Below the pieces are notes generated by a model. The model saw only the letters and a list, made by a program, of their open reading frames with translations. It had not been told where the DNA came from and ran no database searches. From the IMG/VR virus record IMGVR_UViG_3300008262_000013: 64,000 bases of DNA, one strand, 5' to 3'. Origin of the DNA: a virus. Its lineage: Duplodnaviria > Caudoviricetes. Below, piece by piece: positions 27,589 through 36,181 of the stretch. Each line of letters begins with the position of its first letter. The first letter of the stretch is position 1. A program made the position numbers and the translations under genes.

Positions 27589-28153
27589 TATGTTAGTAAT
27601 TAATACGAATTCTGAAGCATTTAATATAACAGAAAAAAGAGAATTTAGGCCTTCTGGGTACCACTTTAAACAATTTATTTCTGTAATGGAAAAACCTGTT
27701 GTTTTAGAAATTGGTTGTGATATCGGTGATACAGCATTTTCTTATCTAGAATGTAATCCTAATTTAACTTTATATTCTATTGACCCGTATGATGATTATG
27801 TTGATTGGAATGGAAATCATTTGAATGAGAGACAGAAACTTTATCAACATGTGGTGGATAGATTTAAACCATTTGGTGATAGATTTAAACTTATACGAAG
27901 TAATTCTGATGAAGCGGTTAGTCTTTTTGAAGATGAATTTTTTGATTTAATTTTTATAGATGGACTTCATACTTATGACCAACTAAGTAAAGACTGTGAT
28001 AATTATTATTCCAAACTAAAAACCGGATCAATATTTTCTGGACATGATTATACGGTAATTGAGGGAGTTAATAGGGCTGTTAATGAATTTTCTCAGAAAG
28101 TAAATAAAGAAGTTAATAGTGGTGAAAACGATACGTGGTTTTGGGTCAAATGA
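27581..28153 (+). CDS. Class I SAM methyltransferase (Methyltransf_24-like)
   Basis: VLEIGCDIG, SIDP, LIFIDGLHTY, GHDY. Confidence 0.85.
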   Translation: MSDMLVINTNSEAFNITEKREFRPSGYHFKQFISVMEKPVVLEIGCDIGDTAFSYLECNPNLTLYSIDPYDDYVDWNGNHLNERQKLYQHVVDRFKPFGDRFKLIRSNSDEAVSLFEDEFFDLIFIDGLHTYDQLSKDCDNYYSKLKTGSIFSGHDYTVIEGVNRAVNEFSQKVNKEVNSGENDTWFWVK

Positions 28154-28839
28154 AAAATTGCATAGTTTTTTCTGGACAATTCAGGACTTTTAAAGATACT
28201 GTTGAAAACATCAAAGAGTTTATTCGAATCAATGATTTAGATGTTTATTGTTTTTTATGGACTACAGACGCGGATGAAAAGCGATTTGTAGTCGATAATC
28301 TAAAACCTATAAACTTTAGATTTGATGATTACTCCAATTATCAAGGTATGTTTGAAGAAATGGAACAAAGAATTCGCCATAATAACCCTAAACCTGCTCC
28401 CATCGATAAGGTTGCTGCAAACGCATCGATGAATTTTGCTAGAAAACAGGCGTATTCTTTAGTGAGAAATAATTATGATAACATCTTCTATTGTAGATAT
28501 GACATTGACATATACGAACAGTTTACTTTAAAGGAACAAGTTGATTTTGTAGTAACACCATTAGAAGAATCGTATAATTTAATATCGGATATATTTGCAA
28601 TTATACCTCAAAAATATGCTAAACATTATTTTTTGTATGATGAATATGAAAATATACACTCAACTAAATTTGAACCTAAGTTTGAAGAATGGTTGAGAAG
28701 TATTAAAAAATACGGTGAAGAAAACATCAGGATTCATAGAGATGATAGATATTGTCCACATATGATGTTGTTACGCAATTTATGGAATAATAATGTACCC
28801 TTTGTTATAGAAAACCTTCCTGTGAGAATAAAAAGATGA
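28150..28839 (+). CDS. Glycan-biosynthesis protein (GT-like), paralogue of next gene
   Basis: CIVFSGQFRTF, DVYCFLW, YCRYD, ISDIFAI. Confidence 0.55.
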   Translation: MKNCIVFSGQFRTFKDTVENIKEFIRINDLDVYCFLWTTDADEKRFVVDNLKPINFRFDDYSNYQGMFEEMEQRIRHNNPKPAPIDKVAANASMNFARKQAYSLVRNNYDNIFYCRYDIDIYEQFTLKEQVDFVVTPLEESYNLISDIFAIIPQKYAKHYFLYDEYENIHSTKFEPKFEEWLRSIKKYGEENIRIHRDDRYCPHMMLLRNLWNNNVPFVIENLPVRIKR

Positions 28840-29561
28840 AAATAGCTTTATGTTTTTCTGGACAAGCCAGATCGTTTGAAAAAGGTTACGAATATTATAA
28901 AAAAAATCTCTTAGATAATTATGATGTAGATGTTTACATTCATAGCTGGAAATTTGATGGTGAAGAAAAGTTTTTGGATCTTTACAAACCAAAATCTTTT
29001 AAATTTAGTGATCCTTACTCAAATACTGAACAAGGATTTAAGTTGGATGATTACTATACGCATACACCAAATAGAGAAAAATATCCACCAAGATTTACAT
29101 ATTCGATGTTTGATTCTATGTATAGGTGTTTAGAATTATTGGTTCACGAATCATTAAACAATCGGACTGATTATAATTGGGTAATAAGAACTCGAACTGA
29201 TTATGCTTTGAATGTTTCGATTCCTTTTGAAACACTAGATTCAAACAAACTTTATATACCAAATTGTAGAATGGTACCAGAAAGAGATTTTGGAAATGAC
29301 CAGTTCGCATTTTCATCATATAATAATATGAAAAAATATATGTCAACTTTCATGAACATAAATCACTACTATGATGATTTGAAAACATTATTCATAGGTG
29401 AAGATTTGATGAAAGCCAATTTACATGAACATAATTTATTTGGTGAAAATTTGGTTTATGTTAATATGAATAATCCTTTTCCACCAGGATCCCACAACGG
29501 AACTTGGCACTCATTGATTCGAGATGATTACGAAGAATGGACAAACAATTCAAAAAAATAA
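28836..29561 (+). CDS. Glycan-biosynthesis protein (GT-like)
   Basis: IALCFSGQARSF, DVYIHSW, IRTRTD, NDQFAF. Confidence 0.55.
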   Translation: MKIALCFSGQARSFEKGYEYYKKNLLDNYDVDVYIHSWKFDGEEKFLDLYKPKSFKFSDPYSNTEQGFKLDDYYTHTPNREKYPPRFTYSMFDSMYRCLELLVHESLNNRTDYNWVIRTRTDYALNVSIPFETLDSNKLYIPNCRMVPERDFGNDQFAFSSYNNMKKYMSTFMNINHYYDDLKTLFIGEDLMKANLHEHNLFGENLVYVNMNNPFPPGSHNGTWHSLIRDDYEEWTNNSKK

Positions 29562-30295
29562 TCAAAGAATTAAAAGGACATTCTGGAAATAAAATAACTT
29601 TGGTTGAAAACGATAATATTTTATACGTTGAAAAAACTGGAGATATAGAAAGAAATTTTGAAAGAATGAAGTTTCTTTATGAAAACAACTATAATGTACC
29701 ATTAATTTTTGAAAGTGATGGAAAAACATTCATGAACATGGAGTATATCCATGGTCTTGATATGAAAGAATATTTAAAAACACATAATATAAAGTTTCTT
29801 TTTAATTTTATATTTGATATATTAAAACAGTTTTCTGAAAATAGTGAAGTTGTAGATTACACTGAAACATATTATAAAAAGTTATCTTTTCTTGATGATG
29901 TGAATGATTTACCTTTCTCTAAAGAAGAATTTATATATTCTTTACCTAAAAAAATACCCAGATCACATTATCATGGAGATTTTACTTTAGAAAATTTAAT
30001 TTATACAGAAAACAAATTCGTTATGATTGATCCAGTAACAATAGAATATGATTCTTATATATTTGATATAGCTAAACTTAGACAAGATTTAGAGTGTAAA
30101 TGGTTTCTTAGAGAGACAGACTTAAGATTAGATGTAAAATTAAATGAGTTACAAGAGAGAATACTGAATTCTTTTCCCTTGGCTAAAGATGATAATTTAT
30201 TAATATTGATGTTATTAAGAGTTTATAGGCACACTAAGAGTGGTGATAATAATCATCAGTTTATTTTGAAGGCGATTGAAAAATTATGGAAATAA
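29537..30295 (+). CDS. APH/choline-kinase-fold phosphotransferase
   Basis: LKGHSG, MEYI, HGDFTLEN, MIDP, DIAKLRQD. Confidence 0.8.
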   Translation: MDKQFKKIIKELKGHSGNKITLVENDNILYVEKTGDIERNFERMKFLYENNYNVPLIFESDGKTFMNMEYIHGLDMKEYLKTHNIKFLFNFIFDILKQFSENSEVVDYTETYYKKLSFLDDVNDLPFSKEEFIYSLPKKIPRSHYHGDFTLENLIYTENKFVMIDPVTIEYDSYIFDIAKLRQDLECKWFLRETDLRLDVKLNELQERILNSFPLAKDDNLLILMLLRVYRHTKSGDNNHQFILKAIEKLWK

Positions 30296-31329
30296 TTGTA
30301 CCTGCAGCAGGACTTTCAACCAGATTTCCCAATACTAAACCCAAATATCTATTATATGATTACGGTCATAAAATGATGATACAGAGAGCTCTGGATCCTT
30401 GGTTAAAAACCGAACATAATATAACGGTTGGAGTTTTAAAACAACATGATGAAAAATTTAACTCTGTAGATTTTTTGAAGTATGAATTTGGTGATAGAAT
30501 TAATGTGGTTATTTTAGAAGAAATGACCGAAGGTCCGGCTGACACTGTTTATAAAATCATAAAAAAATCTAATATTGATTTAACACAACAATTATTAGTT
30601 AAAGATTGTGACAGTTTTTTTCATATGGATAAAGTTGAAACCGAAAACTTCGTATGCACTTCAAATATAGCTGATCATGAGGTATTGAAAAAATTATCAT
30701 CAAAAAGTTTTGTTATAAAAAATGAACAAGGTATAATTACTAGTATTATAGAAAAAAAAGTTGTATCTGATACCTTTTGTGTTGGTGGTTACGGATTTAA
30801 AAATGTTCAATCATATTGTGACACATTTGAACAATTAAAAAAATCTCAAACGAATAGAGAAATTTTTGTTTCAGATGTAATATCCAAACAACTGGAAGAT
30901 GGTGAAATTTTCAGTTCAGTTTCGGTTAAAAATTACACGGATGTAGGAACGCAAGAAGATTGGCATGAATACAATAACAAACCTGTTATATTTTGTGATA
31001 TAGACGGCACACTAATAGTATCACAAAGTAGAGTTGGACAAAATAACTTTTATAGTTCTTATATTGCTTTAGAAAAAACTGTTAATAAACTATTAGATTT
31101 ACAGAAAAATGGAGCTCAATTTATATTTGTAACTTCTAGACCTAAAAATTTAGAAAGACAAACTCATAATTTACTCACATCTCTAGGATTTAAAAATTAT
31201 GAATTAATTATAGGATTACAAAATTCTACTAGAATATTAATAAATGATTTTAATAATGCGAATCCACACCCTAGAGCAATATCAATTAATGTAGAACGAG
31301 ACAAGGACCAAGCATGGATGTATCTTTAA
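30286..31329 (+). CDS. Sugar nucleotidyltransferase fused to HAD phosphatase
   Basis: IVPAAGLSTRFP..KPK, DCD, DVGT; C-terminal FCDIDGTL, FVTSR, INDF. Confidence 0.8.
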   Translation: MEIIVPAAGLSTRFPNTKPKYLLYDYGHKMMIQRALDPWLKTEHNITVGVLKQHDEKFNSVDFLKYEFGDRINVVILEEMTEGPADTVYKIIKKSNIDLTQQLLVKDCDSFFHMDKVETENFVCTSNIADHEVLKKLSSKSFVIKNEQGIITSIIEKKVVSDTFCVGGYGFKNVQSYCDTFEQLKKSQTNREIFVSDVISKQLEDGEIFSSVSVKNYTDVGTQEDWHEYNNKPVIFCDIDGTLIVSQSRVGQNNFYSSYIALEKTVNKLLDLQKNGAQFIFVTSRPKNLERQTHNLLTSLGFKNYELIIGLQNSTRILINDFNNANPHPRAISINVERDKDQAWMYL

Positions 31330-32030
31330 TTCCTAATAAAATTTTATTTATTGTTACTTCAGCTTTAAATTCAAAAGTTGGAGTTGTGAATAGTACTCAA
31401 AGATTACAACAGACAGTAGAAACACTAATTAATTTAAAACAAAAAGTGCCTGAAGCCACTATACTTCTTGTAGATGGTTCGCCTGATCCAGTTCCCGAAG
31501 AAACGAAAAAAATAATCAGTCAACATTGTCAATGTATTTGGTTTGGAGAACATCCAGAAATAAATTCAATGTCATCAATAGGTAGACAAAGTGAGGCTGA
31601 ACTTTTACTATTATTTAATACCTTTATTTTATTTAAACGTGTTCCTGAATTTATGAGTTTTTTGCATGGAGTCAAAAGAATTTTCAAATTTTCAGCGAGA
31701 AGTTTTTTAGAAGATGATTTCGACATTAATGAGTATGATAATCTTTTTGGTAAGTATGTGTTTAAGAAATCTTTGCCATCTTGGATGCCACCCGAAAGAA
31801 AAAAGAATATAACTGATCATCTCTACATTACAAGAATGTATTCCTTTTGTCCTTCTTTATTGGATAATTACTTACAACAAATTCAACCAATGTTAAACAA
31901 CGTGATGCAACATAGAATCGATTTCGAACATGCTCATTATCTTTGTCTAGATAAAACACATATAGTTGAATTTGATAGAATAAAATGTTCTGGCATCGTA
32001 TCGGTTTCGGGACAAATGGAAAGATATTAA
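31314..32030 (+). CDS. Hypothetical, GT-like protein
   Basis: FIVTSAL..ILLVDGS..IFKFSAR; in glycan operon. Confidence 0.55.
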   Translation: MDVSLIPNKILFIVTSALNSKVGVVNSTQRLQQTVETLINLKQKVPEATILLVDGSPDPVPEETKKIISQHCQCIWFGEHPEINSMSSIGRQSEAELLLLFNTFILFKRVPEFMSFLHGVKRIFKFSARSFLEDDFDINEYDNLFGKYVFKKSLPSWMPPERKKNITDHLYITRMYSFCPSLLDNYLQQIQPMLNNVMQHRIDFEHAHYLCLDKTHIVEFDRIKCSGIVSVSGQMERY

Positions 32031-32031
32031 T

Positions 32032-32808
32032 ATGATTAATGAATTTGAATATGAAAAATTACAAAATGAGTTTAAAAATGGACAACCATTTTCTCATTGT
32101 GTTATAGATAATTTTTTTGATGAAGAAACGGCTTTAAAATTGTCAGAAGAATTTCCCGACTATAATGATAACGTTTGGTCTATCTATGATAATCCAATAG
32201 AAAATAAAAGAACTAATTCAAACTGGAATTTGTTTCCAAAAGAAACATATCAATTCTTTTCTTTAATGAATGGTGATGAGTTTATAGAAAAAGTAAAAAA
32301 AATTACAGGTATTGATGATTTGGCTGCCGATTATGGATTACACGGCGGCGGGTGGCACATGCATGGTCGCAACGGAAAATTGAATTTACATAAAGATTAT
32401 TCTATTCATCCAAAACTTGAAATGGAAAGAAGAATTAATATTATCATTTACATGACACCAATTTGGCAAGAATCTTGGGGTGGAGGGTTGGAATTATGGT
32501 CAAATGATGAGGAAAAAAATTTACCAAAAGAATGTATTAAAAAAATTGATAATAAATTTAACCGTGCTGTAATTTTCGACACTACGCAGAATTCGTGGCA
32601 TGGCCTTCCTGATGCGATTAATTGTCCTCCAGGAATGTACAGAAAATCTTTAGCAATATACTATGTCTCTCCTCCAAGAAAAGAAGCTGAAGTACATGAC
32701 CGAGCACTTTTTGCACCTTACAAAGATCAGGTTAGTGACCCTAAAATTTTAGAATTGATTAAAAAAAGATCAAGTTCTAAAACCTCTGGTGAAGTTTATA
32801 GGACATAA
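32032..32808 (+). CDS. 2OG-Fe(II) oxygenase
   Basis: LNLHKD (HxD), GGGLELW, SWHG, RKSL. Confidence 0.85.
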   Translation: MINEFEYEKLQNEFKNGQPFSHCVIDNFFDEETALKLSEEFPDYNDNVWSIYDNPIENKRTNSNWNLFPKETYQFFSLMNGDEFIEKVKKITGIDDLAADYGLHGGGWHMHGRNGKLNLHKDYSIHPKLEMERRINIIIYMTPIWQESWGGGLELWSNDEEKNLPKECIKKIDNKFNRAVIFDTTQNSWHGLPDAINCPPGMYRKSLAIYYVSPPRKEAEVHDRALFAPYKDQVSDPKILELIKKRSSSKTSGEVYRT

Positions 32809-32828
32809 AAACCTCAGGTAAGAGAAAT

Positions 32829-32836
32829 TATAAATA
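32829..32836 (+). promoter_or_regulatory. T4-type late promoter
   Basis: Exact TATAAATA in intergenic region. Confidence 0.8.
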
Positions 32837-32876
32837 CAAGATAAAATTAGACTAACTGCTGTAGAGGCGGAGAAAT

Positions 32877-35600
32877 ATGAAATTTAAAGACTTTCTATTA
32901 GAACAGAAAGAAAAACACGCTGTCATGGCTTTCGGCCGTATGAATCCGATTACGAACGGCCATGAAAAAGTAGTCAAGGAAGTCAAAAAAATTGCTAAGC
33001 AATTTGACGCATCCCACCACATCGTACTGTCACATTCTCAAGATCCGAAGAAAAATCCTCTTACAGTACAGCAAAAAATGAAACACGCTAAGCGTGCATT
33101 TCCCGATACAAAATTTGTAGCAGCATCCAGTGAATCTCCCACATTTTTCGAATATGCCGAAAAGTTATACAAACAAGGTGTAACTCATTTTCACATGGTT
33201 GCTGGTTCTGATCGAGCTCTCGAATATTTAAAATTACTCAAAAAATATAATGGTACACATAAGGGTGCTAGATTTAATTTTAAATACATGGGTGTAGAAT
33301 CTGCCGGTGAACGTGACCCAGATGCAGAAGGCGCAGAGGGTATCTCCGCATCAAAGATGCGTGATGCTGCCGCAAAGGGAGATTTCAAAACTTTTAAAAA
33401 AGGCGCACCATCAAAAATGTCAGTTGATCAGGTAAAAGACATGTATAATGATGTGCGTAAAGGTATGAACATTAAAGAAAGCATCAATGAAGAATTCGAA
33501 GAACTTCTCGTTGAAGGTGTACATGATCAAAGTATTTTCAAAGCAGTATTTTTAGCAGGCGGTCCAGGTTCAGGTAAAGATTATGTGTTAAGTAATACAT
33601 TAGATGGCCATGGATTAACAGAAATTAATTCTGATAAAGCTTTAGAGTTCTTAATGGATAAAAAAGGACTTGATAAGAGAATGCCTGAGAATGAAACTGA
33701 AGCGAGAGATATCGTTCGAGGCAAAGCTAAGAGTGTAACTGAATTACGTCAACGTTTAGCATTACAGGGAAGAAACGGTTTAATCATCAATGGTACAGGC
33801 GATGATCCTAAAAAGGTTGCAAAAATTAAATCAAAATTAGAAGAATTGGGTTACGACACCTCAATGATTCTTGTCAATACAAATGATGAAGTGTCTGCAC
33901 AAAGAAACATTGAACGTGGTCAAAGAGGTGGTAGAACTGTACCAGAAACAATTCGTAAAGAAAAATGGGACAATGTTCAAAACGCACGTACAGAATACGC
34001 AAAGATATTTTCTGATCGTTATATGGAGTTTGACAACTCGGAAGATTTGCGACAAGCGCCACCTGATGTGGTTAAAGAAAAGAAAATGGAAATGTTGCAA
34101 CTCTTTAAGAATGTTAAAGAGTTCGTTGCACAACCTCCACAATCTCCTGCTGCTCAAGAATGGGTAGCAAATGAACTTCAACAAAAAGATACATTAAAGC
34201 CGGACACAAAAGGTGCAGAAAAGATTCCACCAAGTGGATCTAGTGCTGCTGATGAAGCTAGAAAGATGGGATTACAATATTATGGATTTGGCCGTTACGG
34301 TAAAAATGGTAAAACTACACACCGTTCAGTGCATGACAAATTAGTACAAGTAACAAACAAAGAACCAGAACAACCAAAATTACCAACACCAGGTTCTTCA
34401 CCAGTTGATAATAAATCTAAAGTCAAAAAAGAATCTATTGATGACGAATTTGAAAATCTTATTTCAGAAGATTTGCGTAAGTGGTTTAGTAAAACTGATC
34501 CAGAAGGTGGTTGGAAAAGAATTAATAGTAAAGGTGAAGCAATTGGTCCTTGCGCTCGTGAACCTGGTGAACCAAAACCAAAATGTATGTCAAACGAAAA
34601 ACGTGCTTCATTGTCCAAGAAAGAACGTGCATCTGCTGTCGCAGCAAAACGTAAACATGATCCTGTTGCAGACAGAGGTGGCAAAGGTGGTAAACCTGTG
34701 AATGTTTCTAATTTTGGAAAAGGAAAACTATCTGAAGCTGTAACAGTTTCGGTTACTGGTGATACAGTTGATGAAGTAAAAGACTTCTTTACTACATTCA
34801 ATAATAATGTAACCCATGAAGAATCATATGCTTTGTCTGATTCAAAGACTGATGCTATAACATTAGGTAAATTTATGCAACCCTTTGGTGAGAAAATGGA
34901 AAATACCATGATCACTAATGAGATGATGCAAGATATGCTTGATGAAAGTCAACATAATTTATTGAAAGATAAACAAGGTAGAGTTAGAGTTTTCATGTTG
35001 CGCTCTGTTGCAGCAAAAGAAGCACATACGAAACAAGGTATCGTTTTGAAACATAAAAATGGTTATGTAATTAAACTAAAAGAGGAGATTGAAAATGTTG
35101 AAGTTTATAAAGGAACTATTCGGAATTGGATTGAAGAATCCAAACAAGCACGGGTTAGAGGGAGCATCGACAGCTCCAAACCAGGACTTCTCACAGAGAG
35201 TAGAACAATACTCAGCACCAGTGGAAGCACCAGTTCAGGAACAAACAGTTCAAGAGAAACCAAAGACGCAAAAGAAGGCACCAGCATCCAAGAAGCCATC
35301 GCCAAAGAAACAAGAAACAAAATCACCCTCTCAGAAATCAGGCAGAGGCAGAAAACCTGGTCAGAAGAACAAATCAACGAAATAGATCGTGGTATTGAAC
35401 CTGGTCTATCAATGGCTGGTGCAGGTGAAAGTATTGGTAGAGATATGGGAGAAAAAATTAAAAAAAGATCCCATAAAGTTACTACAGTAGAAATGACTGG
35501 TGATGAAACAACAGCTTCTATTGGTGATCAAAAAGAAGGTGAGTTAAAAAGAAAAGGTATTAATTTAACGACATTCAAAGCAAAAAGGCCGATAGGATGA
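32877..35600 (+). CDS. Polyprotein: capsid-targeting-like leader, HIGH nucleotidyltransferase, zeta-toxin/PNK-like P-loop kinase, several small modules
   Basis: MKFKDFLLE; FGRMNPITNGH..AGSDR..SASKMR; FLAGGPGSGKD..INSD..RNIERG..RTVP; linkers LLVE, LISE, LSE, LDE, INE. Confidence 0.75.
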   Translation: MKFKDFLLEQKEKHAVMAFGRMNPITNGHEKVVKEVKKIAKQFDASHHIVLSHSQDPKKNPLTVQQKMKHAKRAFPDTKFVAASSESPTFFEYAEKLYKQGVTHFHMVAGSDRALEYLKLLKKYNGTHKGARFNFKYMGVESAGERDPDAEGAEGISASKMRDAAAKGDFKTFKKGAPSKMSVDQVKDMYNDVRKGMNIKESINEEFEELLVEGVHDQSIFKAVFLAGGPGSGKDYVLSNTLDGHGLTEINSDKALEFLMDKKGLDKRMPENETEARDIVRGKAKSVTELRQRLALQGRNGLIINGTGDDPKKVAKIKSKLEELGYDTSMILVNTNDEVSAQRNIERGQRGGRTVPETIRKEKWDNVQNARTEYAKIFSDRYMEFDNSEDLRQAPPDVVKEKKMEMLQLFKNVKEFVAQPPQSPAAQEWVANELQQKDTLKPDTKGAEKIPPSGSSAADEARKMGLQYYGFGRYGKNGKTTHRSVHDKLVQVTNKEPEQPKLPTPGSSPVDNKSKVKKESIDDEFENLISEDLRKWFSKTDPEGGWKRINSKGEAIGPCAREPGEPKPKCMSNEKRASLSKKERASAVAAKRKHDPVADRGGKGGKPVNVSNFGKGKLSEAVTVSVTGDTVDEVKDFFTTFNNNVTHEESYALSDSKTDAITLGKFMQPFGEKMENTMITNEMMQDMLDESQHNLLKDKQGRVRVFMLRSVAAKEAHTKQGIVLKHKNGYVIKLKEEIENVEVYKGTIRNWIEESKQARVRGSIDSSKPGLLTESRTILSTSGSTSSGTNSSRETKDAKEGTSIQEAIAKETRNKITLSEIRQRQKTWSEEQINEIDRGIEPGLSMAGAGESIGRDMGEKIKKRSHKVTTVEMTGDETTASIGDQKEGELKRKGINLTTFKAKRPIG
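35095..35385 (+). CDS. Nested out-of-frame small Lys/Pro-rich protein inside the 907-aa gene
   Basis: GAGGAG 7 nt before ATG 35095; MLKFIKELFG then P/K/Q-rich tail; both frames open. Confidence 0.55.
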   Translation: MLKFIKELFGIGLKNPNKHGLEGASTAPNQDFSQRVEQYSAPVEAPVQEQTVQEKPKTQKKAPASKKPSPKKQETKSPSQKSGRGRKPGQKNKSTK

Positions 35601-36181
35601 AAACATTTAAAGAATTAATGTTAGAGAGATGTTGGCCAGGTCATAAACCTGTACCTGGTAAAAAACCTTATTCACCAGGTTCTTGTGTAAAAGAAGAACA
35701 ACTTGATGAAATGCCTGGTGCTAATATGGACACTAGAGCAGTACATAAGCATCTTAGAAAATCTGGTTGGGAATTAACTAGAACATCCGGTGGTCACGAT
35801 GTGTTTACTCATCCAGAAGCTAAGCATCATATTCCTGTTCCTCGTCACAAGCAATTAAAGGCACCATTAGTTCGTGGTATTCTAAAAGCTGCCAAAATAA
35901 ATGAAGATTTGGAAGAATCTGCCGCATGGCAACGTAAAGAAGGAAAAAATCCTGAAGGTGGATTAAATCGTAAAGGTATTGCTTCTTATCGCCGTGAAAA
36001 TCCTGGTTCAAAATTGTCAATGGCTGTGACTACACCACCATCAAAATTAAAACCAGGAAGTAAAGCAGCGAATCGCCGTAAATCATTTTGCGCTCGTATG
36101 GGTGGTATGCCAGGTCCTATGAAGGATGAAAAAGGTCGTCCAACAAGAAAAGCATTATCTTTGAGAAAGTGGAATTGCTAA
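35597..36181 (+). CDS. Polyprotein: leader, Cys-pair mini-module, HicA-like mRNA interferase, DUF6321-like basic module
   Basis: MKTFKELMLE; HLRKSGWELTRTSGGHDVFTHP..IPVPRH..LVRGILKAA; AAWQRKEGKNPEGGLN..FCARM..RKWNC. Confidence 0.78.
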   Translation: MKTFKELMLERCWPGHKPVPGKKPYSPGSCVKEEQLDEMPGANMDTRAVHKHLRKSGWELTRTSGGHDVFTHPEAKHHIPVPRHKQLKAPLVRGILKAAKINEDLEESAAWQRKEGKNPEGGLNRKGIASYRRENPGSKLSMAVTTPPSKLKPGSKAANRRKSFCARMGGMPGPMKDEKGRPTRKALSLRKWNC

